From NCBI RefSeq assembly GCF_009914755.1, contig NC_060929.1: DNA of 64,000 nucleotides, one strand, 5' to 3'. Positions within the stretch are counted from its first letter, which is position 1. Every line of letters starts with the position of its first letter. Positions 42,765-55,410 of the stretch are shown one piece after another. The DNA comes from the human T2T-CHM13v2.0 reference genome, Homo sapiens. A program made the translations under genes and the position numbers. The notes below the pieces were generated by a model, which saw only the letters and a list, made by a program, of their open reading frames with translations, searched no databases and was not told the origin of the DNA.

Positions 42765-45700
42765 GAGAGCGCGGCTTCATTTCGCTTTGCTGTCCCCAAA
42801 CCAAGCTCAAGTGTATAAAAGGGAAACGGACACCAACAACTCGTGCGGCTAGATTTTTTTTTCCTCCCTGCGAATGTAGAAAATACAAATGTGGCTGTAA
42901 AATTTAAATAGTACTTTATGGGGGTTCTATTCCATATTTCACAGTCATTACTGCTTAGACAGCAGTGTTAACTGGTAGCTTCTTCTTTAAAGTGTTCCAT
43001 TTTTCAAAGTAGTGTAATCAGCAATTCTTGATGTACAAAGTAAAGAGTAAGGAGGAAATAAAAAGGATGATTTGAGACTTGATTTGAAACTCTAAACATA
43101 TCCAGGGGCAATTAGCTATTTCCAGATTTGATGGAAAATAAAAGCACAGCATGACTTAACCTGCTAGATAACATGAGTTTACTGAGGCAGTATTAAATAT
43201 ATATAGATTCAATTTCACTTAAATAATTCTCTAAACTCCATACCTGCCAAAAGCTATAGTTATATTTTTGTCAGCAAGAATAAAAGGAGCAACTTGCTAT
43301 TGTAGTGTGTGTGTGTATAAATTAGAAATGGTTAAGATTTCATTCTAAGTTATAAAATGGTACTCTAATAACTGCATTTTTTAAAAAAACAAATTTTATT
43401 TTTAAAAATACAGGTGATCAGAAATAAAGTAGAATACAGTTAAAATTATTTCAAGATTAGGCTAAATAGAAACATAACCTAGGAACTGAATCACACTCTT
43501 GTAACACACATGTACAGACATATCACCTGCCAAAATTTCAGGTAGACTATTAAACTACGTTTGGTTCAACCAGAAATGTGCAAAACAGGAAAGTAATTGA
43601 ATTTGTTTTAATCAAGAAAATCTTACTTAGCCTCCGCAACTGGAATCCATGTGACAATGAAGAAGGAAAGGGACATGAATTCAAACAGCTGACACAATGA
43701 TCAGCAGCAACTGACAGCATCTCATTTGATATTTGATATAAAGCACTAGATCAATATTTGTGAGATCAATGCAATTTTAATGGTTTTTTTCAAGCCGGTA
43801 TGAAAGCCAAATTGTGACACTCTGTGCTAGGGTTATTTTTAGAGGTGGTTACTCCAGGGGATGATATTAAGTAATTTACTGATGCAAAGCAAAAGCAAAA
43901 ATGGGGAGGGGGGAGGGGAGGAACCAACAAAACCACCACAACAAACCATCAATATTTCTTCAGTTGATAAATCCTGATTATCCAAGTACCCAGAGAAGGT
44001 GTGAACATTTATTGGAAAAAAGCCATTTATTTAATTATGGCTAAAAAAAGAAGAAAATAAACCTTTGAAAAATTATTTGGAGGTACATGAAGATGAACTG
44101 GATCAGAGGCACCTTTTTCAGACACAATGGGATATGGTGACATGTGAGCAAAAAGAAATGAAAATGATAAAAAGAGAAAACCTAGGCCTTATAGCCACAG
44201 GGTCAATCCCCTCATGTGTGGAATTCAGTGGGAAATAACAAATTTTTCTGCATCTTTGGCAGAGTGGAAAACTGAGAGCCCTATCTGACACTCTAAGCAA
44301 TGTTCCCACAGAGGTCATATAAAGCAAAAATAATTAATAGGCCTAAATATTGTGTATTGTTTTCCTTAGAAGGATTTATACCATCTAAAAAATAGAATGT
44401 ATTTAATCTAACTCAAAGACACATAGTTCCTAACCCTAACCTTATATTTTGACTCATTTGCTTACAAATTCATTTTGATAAAAATGCTAAACTTGGATTT
44501 ATTTGTTTTTACAGATTCAATTTTGAGGAATTTTCACCTAGAGGAATCCAAGATCTTCAGTCCAAACAGCAATTTCTGGGGAGGTAGATGATGGGGGGAG
44601 GGGTAGCAGAGGGGTTATAATTAGCTGAACATTTCAGTAAGAACAGTAACAAACATGAGATGTGGTGGTCCTGGGCAGTGTTCCGTGACAAGCAGAGGTT
44701 TACATTTTTTAGGTTCAAGAGCAGGTAAATGTTTCGTTTCGAGTTCAACTTTAGTTAAAAACTTGGGAGAATTGGTTTCTTTTTCACTTGAAAGAATAAG
44801 AACATTTTAGGAAATTTCTGATGCCTGACCTAAAGACCTCTCATCTTTCTTCAGATGGAGAATAAAACACTTCAAAACTGCAATTCTTGAAAAATTTTTC
44901 CCTTAAATGTTTCTTTTTTCCTGATGTTTTTGTTGATGACAGTAAATTGCCTGATAAGAAACTGACAGCTCACTTCAAACAAAAAGCACTGTATTACATG
45001 CTCTGAAATGAAATTCCTATCTAACTCCTTTCGTAGAATTAAATCATGCACCTAGTATATTCCTTAATAATCTAGGTAAAGGCATATTTTCCAGGATTTC
45101 AATAACTCCATAAAAAGTCTCTCTCTGCATGTGTCTTTATCCCTTATAGTATTTCAAATTTGGCAGATTGCCTACAAACTAAAGATACCAACAATTTAAA
45201 TAAAATTTTCTTTAATGAAATAAAGCCAACCTTACACACAAATGCACATTACAGAGAGATAATTTACAGGTTCAATGAACTTGAAGCATAAAATATTTAT
45301 TACAATGCCTTGCAGAATTGAAGATGAAAAATTTATTTAACAAGTTTACAAACATTCATGGTAACCAACATATACACAACACCTACTATACCATAGGCAT
45401 CGAAAAGACAGACATATTGTATATGTTGTCTGTGTATTTCAGGTGAAATGGACAGGAATGGGCACATGTACCTCATGGATGAATATGTGTGTATGAGACA
45501 TATGTATTTTTTTTCAATTAGGTAGGTCTTTTTTAAAATCTTGAGTTATTCTAAAGAAGAAAATGAACTTTATACTCAATTGTAGTTAATCGAACTTCAT
45601 TTTGGCTAATCATAATTTGACCAGTGATTTTTTTTCCCTCAAATCATGAAGGACAGTGCTCAGAATTTAATAGTGCACCCAAAATGCTGCTCTTCTTAAG

Positions 45701-47806
45701 CCACTTTGAAGTAATGCTAGTGAGTCTACGATCCAGATCTACATGTTAATCTGTAGTTTTGCCTTCAAACAGAATTCAGTTACAAAGAACTTGGAAAGAT
45801 TTTGAATCTATTCAGGAGAGAAAACTCTTTAATTTTCTGAGGAGTAAAAACTCCCCAAGAAACTTCATATAGCTTCTTAGATTTTGCTTAGCATACGTGA
45901 TAAAACATTGATTGTTGCAGTTTGGTGACCCATGAAATTTGGGGGTTAGTTTTCTCTTCAGACCAGAGCATATAATTATGCAAATAAAGAGCTGTCACTG
46001 ATCTAGTGAAATACTCACAAACACATGCACTCTGAAATTGGACAGAAAAGTGAAAATGGTTGGTGATGTGATGGTGCCATGGTTTGTTTTCCTGCCAAGT
46101 TTCTATCCAAATTCATTATTCAAATTGTAAACTTTAAAAGGAGATATATCATTCTTGGGGTGTTGGTTGTCTTTTCATTTCAGATTCTTTGTATTGGTAT
46201 TGCAGGCTGGCCACAAAGTACAGTTCAACATTATTTTACCCATGACAGTTCTCCATATTACCCGAGGTAATAGCCAAGGAAGAAAAAGATGAATGATCTA
46301 AAAGGAAAGATGTAGGACTTCTCTAGATTTCTTTCTAGAAACATGCTTCATGTCTGTTTCAAACAGAACTCAACTCCAACAATATAAAGGATATAGTGAA
46401 AGGTTTTTCACAAATCTCAAGGCGAAGGACTGGGAAAAGTTGCTTAGAAGGCCTCATGGACTAAGTCAAATTTCCACTTTCAAGCTTTTTATATTCCAGG
46501 GGAAAATAGTGGTCACTGTGTGGTATCCACTTCATGGTCAAACTTTCAGGATGACTTTCTCCCATCTAGCAATTAAAGCCAACTATTTAATATTTGGTGA
46601 TTTTAACCTTTGTGGTTCATTTTACAGTTATTACTTCTCTAAAACCTTTGTGCTGGGAATTAACAAGAGTTCTTCAATCTAATCACGCTCTTTGGCATCA
46701 AGGTCTCCCAATTCTAAAGTTACCATTGCATAGGCTGTTGCATAATTTTAGACGTCATGGAGAGTCCCACTGATGAAATCTGAGAAGGCTCATGTCAGAC
46801 CACTGACTGCTAAAGACATCACTACATGAAAGATCAGTAGTGTGAAACTTTAAAAACATCGATCCAAATGAATCAATTAAATCAACATTCATCCCTCTTA
46901 AGTGTGTGGTTTAAAACTATCATTGTTGCTTTTTTAAAAAAACCTTACATAGATTTTGAGATAAATGCTGGAATGCTTTGATGGCTACTTCTATTCTCGA
47001 ATCTCCGTTAATCGACTTTGTGCTATTCCCCTCTTTTCAACATCTTCCACTTGGTGTACATTCTTTACTTTTAGTACAGTGCATGACAGTTGCAATGCTT
47101 TAAATCTAAAACCGCCTAACAAAGCTGACGCTTTAGGTAGGGTAGCTTTAAGCTCTGTGAAGTGTTGATTAAAAACCCTTTCCCAGACTCAAACTGATCT
47201 TTTTGGAGATTAATAGAATATTAGATAAAAGGAAGACGAACAATTCAAGAGACTCCCACTCAGTCATTCTATATAAGGAAGGAAGGAAAGTATTCAATTT
47301 TTGAAAGGGAGTACCTCCTGGAGTCTTTTATTTTATATTATTATGGCCACTAATAAGTAATAATAAAATAACCACCACCATCATCCCCCTTTTTGCCACC
47401 CATATTTCAAAGATGAGAGTGTCTCACATTTAAAGACATTTTTTTTTCTCCACAGAGGCATGTGGAAAGTTTTTGAGAAATTTTTACACTTTCTGTAGTA
47501 GTACTCTTTCTTAAATGAATTAGGATTACAGACACCAACAGGAACCTGTCAGTTTACAGTAAAAAATATGATTATAACAAGAGACACACGTGTTTGGATT
47601 GAACCGCAGATAATCCAGAGAAACAAACAAAATCTAACTTATTAGCACGGATAATACAGTTAGCATATCTCTAAAAGGGGCTAAAGGTTTTAAGAAAGCT
47701 GTAAAAGAAATGTAAGTTATTTTCAGATCGAACACAGTACATCAAGAACCTATATACATGTACTTGGAGGCAACTTAAACTCACCAGACTCCTCTTGGAA
47801 AACACA

Positions 47807-47812
47807 TTTATT
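47807..47812 (-). terminator. FAM172A: FAM172A distal poly(A) signal (a proximal one lies at 48151-48156)
   Basis: tttatt on the + strand equals AATAAA on the - strand. Confidence 0.65.
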
Positions 47813-50760
47813 TATGGCATATTCAAGTGTATTTTATAAAACAACAATTTAATTGATAGGTTGTTCAGATTTCCTTGCTAAGGAGATATTTTAGATATTA
47901 AAAACAACTGTCTTAGAAATGTTAGCTTTGTAAAAGGTGCAAGCCAAATAGTGACTCAACTAAAGTTAGGATATTACCTTACAGCAATACTAACAGAAAT
48001 AAAAAGTAGCCAGAAGGTTTAAAATATTGACGGATGCTGTCTCATCCTTCCTTTTATGTTTTTGCTTTAAAAAATCTCTATGCAATTGGTGAATAAGCAA
48101 GAATTCTTCTGAGCAAGAATAATAACACCGCTGTTGTTGGGAAAATTGTTTTTATTTTAAAATGGAAATGGAAATATAATATACAGGAAAAGCTTGTGCT
48201 TTCCTTTTTTTTTTTTACTTCGCATAAACAATAATAATGCAATCCAGGTCAAAGCACGAGGCAGAAACTCGAGAAAAGAACAGTTATTAAAGGTACATGG
48301 TCTTCTTTTCAAATATCCATGAAAACATTTAACGACGGGATGGCTAGTACCTATAGAAAGCTCCAAAGCAATAATCTGGCCTTTAAGTTTCGACGGGACT
48401 ATTTTGAATCTTAGATTTATCAGTCACTCCTTTCCCATTCTACTTGTTCTAAGAATTAAGTATATAATTAAAATAAAAAGGCCACATCCTGACTTTAAAT
48501 CTCCACTCTCCTAAAAACCTGTTTGAGGAAACAAAAATGGGGAAGAAGATCAGAACAAAAATATTGTTAACACTGGCCGTCCTCATGCAGGTGGGCTACT
48601 ACCAACGCTGGTTGTTACTCCAGGAAAATCGAGGTGAACATTATTACATTTATATCAACAAACCCATAATCAACAGGTTAAAAAATCCTACATTACAAAG
48701 AATCTGATCACTTATCAGTTGGTGGTCTGGAATAGTTTGCCTAGCTCCCTCTGGGCTGCTACAGCTCAGATTCACAAGTAGAAATTACATTTACACAACT
48801 TAAGTTTGCAAATAGCTCTCCATAAATAGTTAAACCAGGCCTAACCATCCAGTAGTTTTAAAGTATTAGAGGCAATTAAATAGTGATTTATTCTAGCTAT
48901 AAGTAAAGGTTTAAAAAGAGGAGAGATGATTTCAGAGAAGGAATAGCAGTGATTTGGTTTATAAACAGCATATTTATTGTGCTCTAATTCAGGTGCAGAA
49001 GCTTCGCCAATTTAGCATTGCACAAGTGTTGGTTTTTTATAAATGCTATAAAATTGTTTCCTGTCAACATTTTCTTATACTGAAAACACAACACAATTTA
49101 TAATACCTTGAAAAATATATTCAATTCACATCAATTCTTGAATCTCTCACTGGAAGGAATGTTTGTCCCTCAACTAAGATTCCGGAACACTGCTGAAGAT
49201 ACCATTATTTTACACAGTTCACCACTACTTCTAAAATAGTAATGATTGGATAAAAAGGGTCAATATCACAGACAAATGTGCTTGATGTTGTTGGGGTTTA
49301 CTCATTTTAAGCCATCTGGTAGCTGAATAAAATGCCATTTTGATTTTTCCTCCTATATAGTTGATTTTGCTTAAGTAACACGAAAATATATGCATACCTG
49401 AGCACTGAAAAAACATCTTTAATTTGTCATCATTAAGACTATAGAACCAATGAATGTACTTGTATGTCAAACACAGCAATGAGATATTAACAGCTTTAAA
49501 ACTTGTTGAAATCGGTTCATAATATAAAAACATTTAAGCACGAAGTGGTTGATTTTAAGTTACTTTTCTGAGGCATTAGACAGTTCGAAGTCATTTTGGG
49601 TACATTTTATCATGTCCTCAAATAAGGCAGGCATATTAATTGTTGCACACACTTTAAAAAAGGATGAAAACTATTAAATTTATGTTCTCATCTATTAGAA
49701 ACAATCTTTACTAGGTAATTAAACTTTTCAAGTAATTAAAATATAATGTGAAATTTTAAGATTTTAATCTAAAAGTCAGCAAAACCTTAACATCTCCTGT
49801 ATTTCACAGTGTTGGCCACATCTTAGCTGGATTAAAATAATTGTTCAAACTGTAGGGCTAAACCCTACAGAGGAAGCGGAGTGCTAAAAATTATACCATT
49901 GGACTGAGAGAAGAAATTCTTTCACACCAAGTCCTTCTCTTCTTGTTAAAGCAGAAAACTAAAAGGATAATTTTAGCCCCACTTAGCCTTTCAGAAGAAA
50001 AAGGCTGCAGAGCACAAAGGTTTCGTTTCCTGATGACAATAAAAAAATTCTCTCCCTAGAAGGGCCTAACTCCAGGAAAGCTCAGAATAGATCATTCTGG
50101 AAAGGATTAACAACAACCTTTCTCCACAGAGAGATTTAAAAAGCAAAACTTAAGTGTGTTATATCTAAATTACAATGCCACACAGTACACATTATGTGTT
50201 TAAAAAGTAAAGTCAATCCCAGTGATAACAGTTGGAAATTCCATTGAAAATGGGACCTTCACACCTACACTTAAAAGAGCTGCCCATCATTGTTTTGGTT
50301 TTAACAGTCTCTTCTGAAATCAGAGACTTGTGTAAACTCTCACAATTAGCTGGCAAAAGGATTTTCAGCAGTAATGCGGATTCAGTACTTTATAGATTTT
50401 TATGCAGAGTTGTTTTTTTTTCTGGTCCCGAAATGAAAACAGGGAGAGAACAATTTGCATTCCCCAAACTACATGGTACATCATGGCATTCAGGTTCTGA
50501 ATTTGAAATCGGCTTTGGAGTGTGTGTGGAACTTCCTTAAAAAAAAAAAAAAAGAGGTGGGTAATAAGATGCCCTCAGGGAAAAACCTAGTGAAAATGGA
50601 AATCTGAAGTCTGGAATAGAAGTTTGCTCCAGTTGAGAGCGGGGAAAGATGGACATGATTAAGGAGGGGGAAGCAGCAGCGGCTCCGCTACGGCGGGCGC
50701 TAGGACCGCGCCGACGCCGCCGGACCCGCAGCGCCCGCGCGGTCTCCTTCAGGGCAATTA

Positions 50761-50853
50761 GAGCTTCGCCGGCCGAGCCAGGCAGGGCGCTGTCAGCCTT
50801 AATGTGAGCGCTGACTGGCAGCGCTCAGCCCGCGCTCAGCCCGCAGGAAGCAC
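50761..50853 (-). ncRNA. MIR2277: pre-miRNA mir-2277
   Basis: Reverse complement reads GUGCUUCCUGCGGGCUGAGCGCGGGCUGAGCGCUGCCAGUC...GGCUGACAGCGCCCUGCCUGGCUCGGCCGGCGAAGCUC, matching the hsa-mir-2277 hairpin I recall; GCGCUGcCAGUC pairs with GGCUGaCAGCGC. Confidence 0.9.
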
Positions 50854-51051
50854 GACCAGTGAACCCATATTGCTTTGACAGTTGCACTCATCTAGAAATA
50901 ATGCAAAACGCTATTTAGATGTATATATCACGACCCTGGGCTCTGGGAAGAAAACAATCTAATGAGGGGCTGGGAGTCCGCTCGACACAAGCAGTGAGGA
51001 GGCGTGCGGGTGGGTGCGCCAGGGCGGCCTCCCCCGTCGCGCTCGCTCCTC

Positions 51052-51194
51052 TTACAGCTCTTCGTGCTTGATGCGGTGGGAGCGGCGCGTCACAGCCGGC
51101 TTCAGGGAGCTGGTCTTGGCCTCTGAGGCTTCGGTAAAGAATTTGAAAATAGACGGAAAGCTCTTCCAGGAAGTTAGCTCGTGACGGTCGGTGC
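51052..51194 (-). CDS. FAM172A: FAM172A (ARB2A) last coding exon
   Basis: Minus-strand acceptor gttctttgcAG|; reads (G)[46 protein letters not shown] (TAA 51054-51052), matching the FAM172A C-terminus I recall; not in the ORF track because it is short and has no start codon. Confidence 0.93.
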
Positions 51195-52509
51195 CTGCAA
51201 AGAACAACACATTCGGTTACCAGGTGGCCACGCGGGGCCAGGCGCGGTGAGGGCGGCGAGGGCCAGGCCGAGCCCCGGCTCCCGACCACCCGGTCCCGCC
51301 CCTCCCCGCCCCTCCCGCCTGCGCCCCGCCTCAGCCGCCCGCGCCCCGCCCCTCAGCCAGGACCCCCGCCCCCTCGCGGGCGCGGGCCAGCCGACTCCCA
51401 GGGCACAACTAGGGCTGCGGGGTCACTTGCCCCCTGGCTCAGAGGAACTCAGACTTCGCTATCCGCGGCGTCTAGGCGTCTCCGGCCTCAGTCCCCATCC
51501 CTCTCCCAACGCGGGGACGCGGCCCGGATCTGTCCCGGGGTCGTCCGAGGCGCGGCTGGCCGCCCGAGGCCTCCGCCTCTCCGGGCCAATGGAAGCGCTG
51601 GGCGGGAAGGGCCACTCCCTCTCCCTCCGGGAAACCACCCACTCCCGAGACTCGGCGCGCGCGGGGATTGGTTTCCCCTGCGTGCGGGATCGCACAGCGC
51701 CTGTTTCCTTGCTTCCCAAGGGGGTGGTGTGGAGGGGAAGGGGGAATGATTTTTCTTGCGTCTCCCGGAAGCTGTGCTGTTAGACACAATTACCTCAGCT
51801 AGGTCACTGAGACCAAATCATACGGGACGCTTAATGAAGGACCGCATTCAAAAGGGATTACGCCTTGAAGTGTCCTGGCGGGCGACATTTTTACAGATTT
51901 TAAGGGGCAAATTTAGAACAGCTAAAAAAAAGGTTTCAAAGCCGTGACTACTAAAAGAGCATCTAGGCCTCCCATTTTATCAGGAGGAATTCAACTTAGA
52001 AAATGCAGGTTAGTTGTCAATTTATGGGGTTACTTTATTTTACTACGGCTTCTCTCTGTGGTTTCGATGTAATACTAATGTACAGCATGTTTTCAAATCA
52101 AATCGACCTTCAGTTTAACACAGGCAGCGGATAACACGGATGCAAGCATAAGAACAGATGAGGAAATACATTTAGCTATTTTTGACTCCCTGTGATGGCT
52201 TATGTAGCATTTTACCAGTGGCTTCATAAATGAGCACTTTTTAAAATTAAAAATTAAAATAATTACAGACTTCCACAGAAATAATGAGTGAATAGCTTTT
52301 AAACAGTTGAAATCTCTTCCTAGATCACTCAATTATGCAGAGAGATACCGCTTGGAAGTCTCCGGATTCAGGGCCTCAGTCTGATACTTTAACATTGTTA
52401 ATGATAATTCTTTAGTCTGTAATAGTAGGTCATTGCTATGGTTACTCTACAATGGTGCAACACTTTGCTTTCCCCTTCAGCTATTCGCTGAGACCTGGTA
52501 ACCACATTT

Positions 52510-52522
52510 GTTGCCTAGCAAC
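52510..52522. promoter_or_regulatory. RFX X-box
   Basis: GTTGCCTAGCAAC, a canonical near-palindromic RFX site. Confidence 0.6.
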
Positions 52523-54689
52523 AGTTTTGTGACAGTATCACAATCTAGGAGTTACAACAATAAGGATGCTATGGCTGCTGTCGGCCAGAGAGCAGAAAGC
52601 TACAGTCTGTGCCTGACTTAGCTGTGGGAGCTGGCCCTACTAGAGAACCCCTCTCTCTTTATCAGTGCCCTCCCAAGGATTCTCTCTATCCTCCTTTCCT
52701 CTGCAGACTGGCCTCATGAACTTGAATTTGAAACTAAGACCCAGTATTAAAGTCATATCCCCCAACTCAGACTAAAAATGAGGTCATTTTATTTGCTTAC
52801 TCATTTTGGGCAAAATTCATTGTTACTCAATAGGAAGGAGGGATGAGTGTAGGTTTATCTTGTTAAATCCTAAAGTGCTAGGTGGATTTTGACAATTCTT
52901 CATAGAATTCTTGGGGGAAAATTATATATATATGCCTGCTTGCATCAATAGGTGTTATAATACATAACATCTAGATATTATTATATTTTTACTGATTTAT
53001 TCAAATGACAATCTTAAAGGATTCTTTTGAATTTGGAGGCATTTATATTTTCCAAACCTAACTGAGCAGTTCTACATATGCTCAGACATACCTGCTTTAA
53101 ATGATATTTGCGGGTAGATCTAGGAGGACCAGTTTCTGGATAGGGTTATCAAATGTGTGTCTCTATTCTATAGTGTTTGCAACCCTAGTTTCACTTCAGT
53201 AATAACTACACAGTTGCACTTATAATGGTAGGACATTTTAAAATCAATTGTAATTCATTTTGAAAGACCATTCTCAGATGCATACTACGTGGCAACACCC
53301 ACCCCCAAATACAATAAGCCAAAAAAAAAAAAAAAAGGTGTTAATTGTCTCTTTTCGTAACCATTTCCCAAGCTTACAGCCACATTTGGCATTTCCTCCA
53401 TAGTGATCACACTTACACCTACTAGTGTTACTAAGGCTATGATCAATTTGTAAGCTTTCTCAGGGAATTCCCCTCATAATTCCTCCCACCCCTTGAAACC
53501 AATTCAATCTATGAATCTAGAGGGACCTAAGGAGTCAACGGTCTGAAGCAATTTTAACTCCTTTATTTCTTCTTTACGGGTAACAATCCTTCTGAAGGAT
53601 GAACAGATTTCCCTGGTGATAAAATCACTACAAAAGCTTTTTAGTTTTAGCTTTTGATGACTCTCTGCTTGATTAGTCCTGGACTGAAAAGACCAGAGTC
53701 CCTGAGATAACTGAATACTTGTACTGGCTCTCAACATTTACTCTTGTAATTTAAGAGTATAAATAATGAGAATGTGTGCTTCTGTCAGACGAAGGGAAAT
53801 TGCTAGGAGTAAAGGTAATAAGGTAGGTTAGCAACTGAATTACAGAGAATGGGGTGGAAGGGAGAGAATTCTCCCTAAACTAAGGAATGATAACATGAAT
53901 ATGTAATATAAAAATGTCTTTTCTAAATTTTTGGAAGTAGATTTTAAATGATTTTTAGAATACCATTCAGAAGTTGAATAATTACATGTCTAACTTGGAC
54001 TGCATATATACATTTCAAGAATATGTTTGGAGACCATTTTCAAAAATTTAGGTCCAAAGTTCAGTGAAAATATTTACAGATGAATATGAAACTCTATCCA
54101 TGACAATGTTCAGTGAATGGAAACTTTTGAGAGCAGGTTTCTAGTACTTAAAAAATACATCACTTTAGGGGACATTAAGTGGGATGCTTTTTATTACATC
54201 AGTACAGAAACACTAGACCATTACATTATTTGTTCATAAAAGGATATAAAAGGTAGAAGTTTAGGTCAATCAAAAAAGCAGCCATTTATTAATAAAATGC
54301 AATGATGTAGAAATCACAGGGAAACTAGTTTATTTAGCACTAACCTTGTCATTTGAAGGGGAAAAACATGGTTTTATGGTTAAGGTCTAGTCTTTTCACT
54401 ACCACCACTTTACCCTTATCAGAAGTCTCTACTTTTCAAACCAATAATTTTCCTAATTTAGAGAGTTTCACAAAATATAAGGAGTAAAATGTTTTTCCAC
54501 ATTAAATATCTGCCAAGTTCTCAAGGAATGATTTTGGTATCATTTAGGAGTGGCAGGCTTGGTCTAACTGGATAATTCACCTTTGGAGTGAATTCAGTTT
54601 CCTAGTCTATAACATCAATTCAGTATAAAAGTAAAATGTAAAGGATCACAGCACTTCATTACAAAAAAATACCTTTGCTCAGTTTCAAT

Positions 54690-55410
54690 CAGTGGTTCTT
54701 AATGGAGATGATAATGGCCTCTGGAGGCATTTTGGAAATTTGCAGGGATATTTTCGATGGTCAAGATGATTGGAAGGTGTTATTGGTATTTATTGGGAGA
54801 AGGACAGGGATAGTGGATATCCTGTAATTTGCAAGGCAGTACAGAATTGTTCTGCATCCCACATGATTTTCAAATGTTCAGCAGCTATTCATGTAGTTGA
54901 AAACCTGTTTATAATTATATGGATTAGAATTTAAATATGTTTTACAGATAATCTTAAAATACTTTTTGCATGATTTTAATATATACTGAATTTTCCAGGA
55001 ATACAACTACCGTGTAAATCGAAAGGGTCATGCATTTTATGTTTTTCAGAGTCTTACCAAGAGTGGTTTACCCTATGAAAAAAATATCATAACTGATGGC
55101 ACCATGCCCATGGTACTTGAGGTGCCAATAAGCATACCTGTATCAGCCCGCATCTGTAGCTGTCAAATTCATGATGATTCCATGCATAGGACCAAGTATC
55201 TGACTACTTTATTATGTCTTCTCATGTAGGTTTGCCTGAGCACTTTAAATATTGAAATCCATATTATTTTATTATGAATTACTTTTATTCCTTCTACATG
55301 TTAACTAGAGCATTACAAAGATTAACAATCTCGTAAGTAGGTAGATTATGTTATCTGTAGAATTTATTTCAGGACAGTAAAAGCACGGCATAATATTTGT
55401 TATAATAGTA
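54690..55410 (+). mobile_element. MER20B-like hAT-Charlie DNA transposon fossil
   Basis: Starts CAGTGGTTCTT (Charlie TIR); internal segments (ggcattttggaaattt, gaaaacctgtttataattat, ctgaattttccaggaatacaactacc) resemble the MER20B consensus as I recall it. Confidence 0.7.

Larger units (their letters stand above)
47790..51051 (-). other. FAM172A: FAM172A 3'UTR (~3.2 kb) with tandem poly(A) signals
   Basis: Downstream of the stop; minus-strand AATAAA at 48156-48151 and 47812-47807. Confidence 0.75.
50640..51780. promoter_or_regulatory. CpG island over the FAM172A last exon and MIR2277
   Basis: CpG-dense, with multiple GC boxes (ccgccc) at 51290-51372 and CCAAT at 51586. Confidence 0.85.

Noticed and set aside
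49851-49869. Short hairpins (TGTAGGG-5-CCCTACA; also TCTGGTT-3-AACCAGA at ~24518)
   Set aside because: 7-bp stems occur by chance in 64 kb; no supporting context.
50915-51789. ORF-track ORFs over the FAM172A last exon
   Set aside because: Wrong frame or strand; the real coding segment is 51194-51052 in another minus frame.
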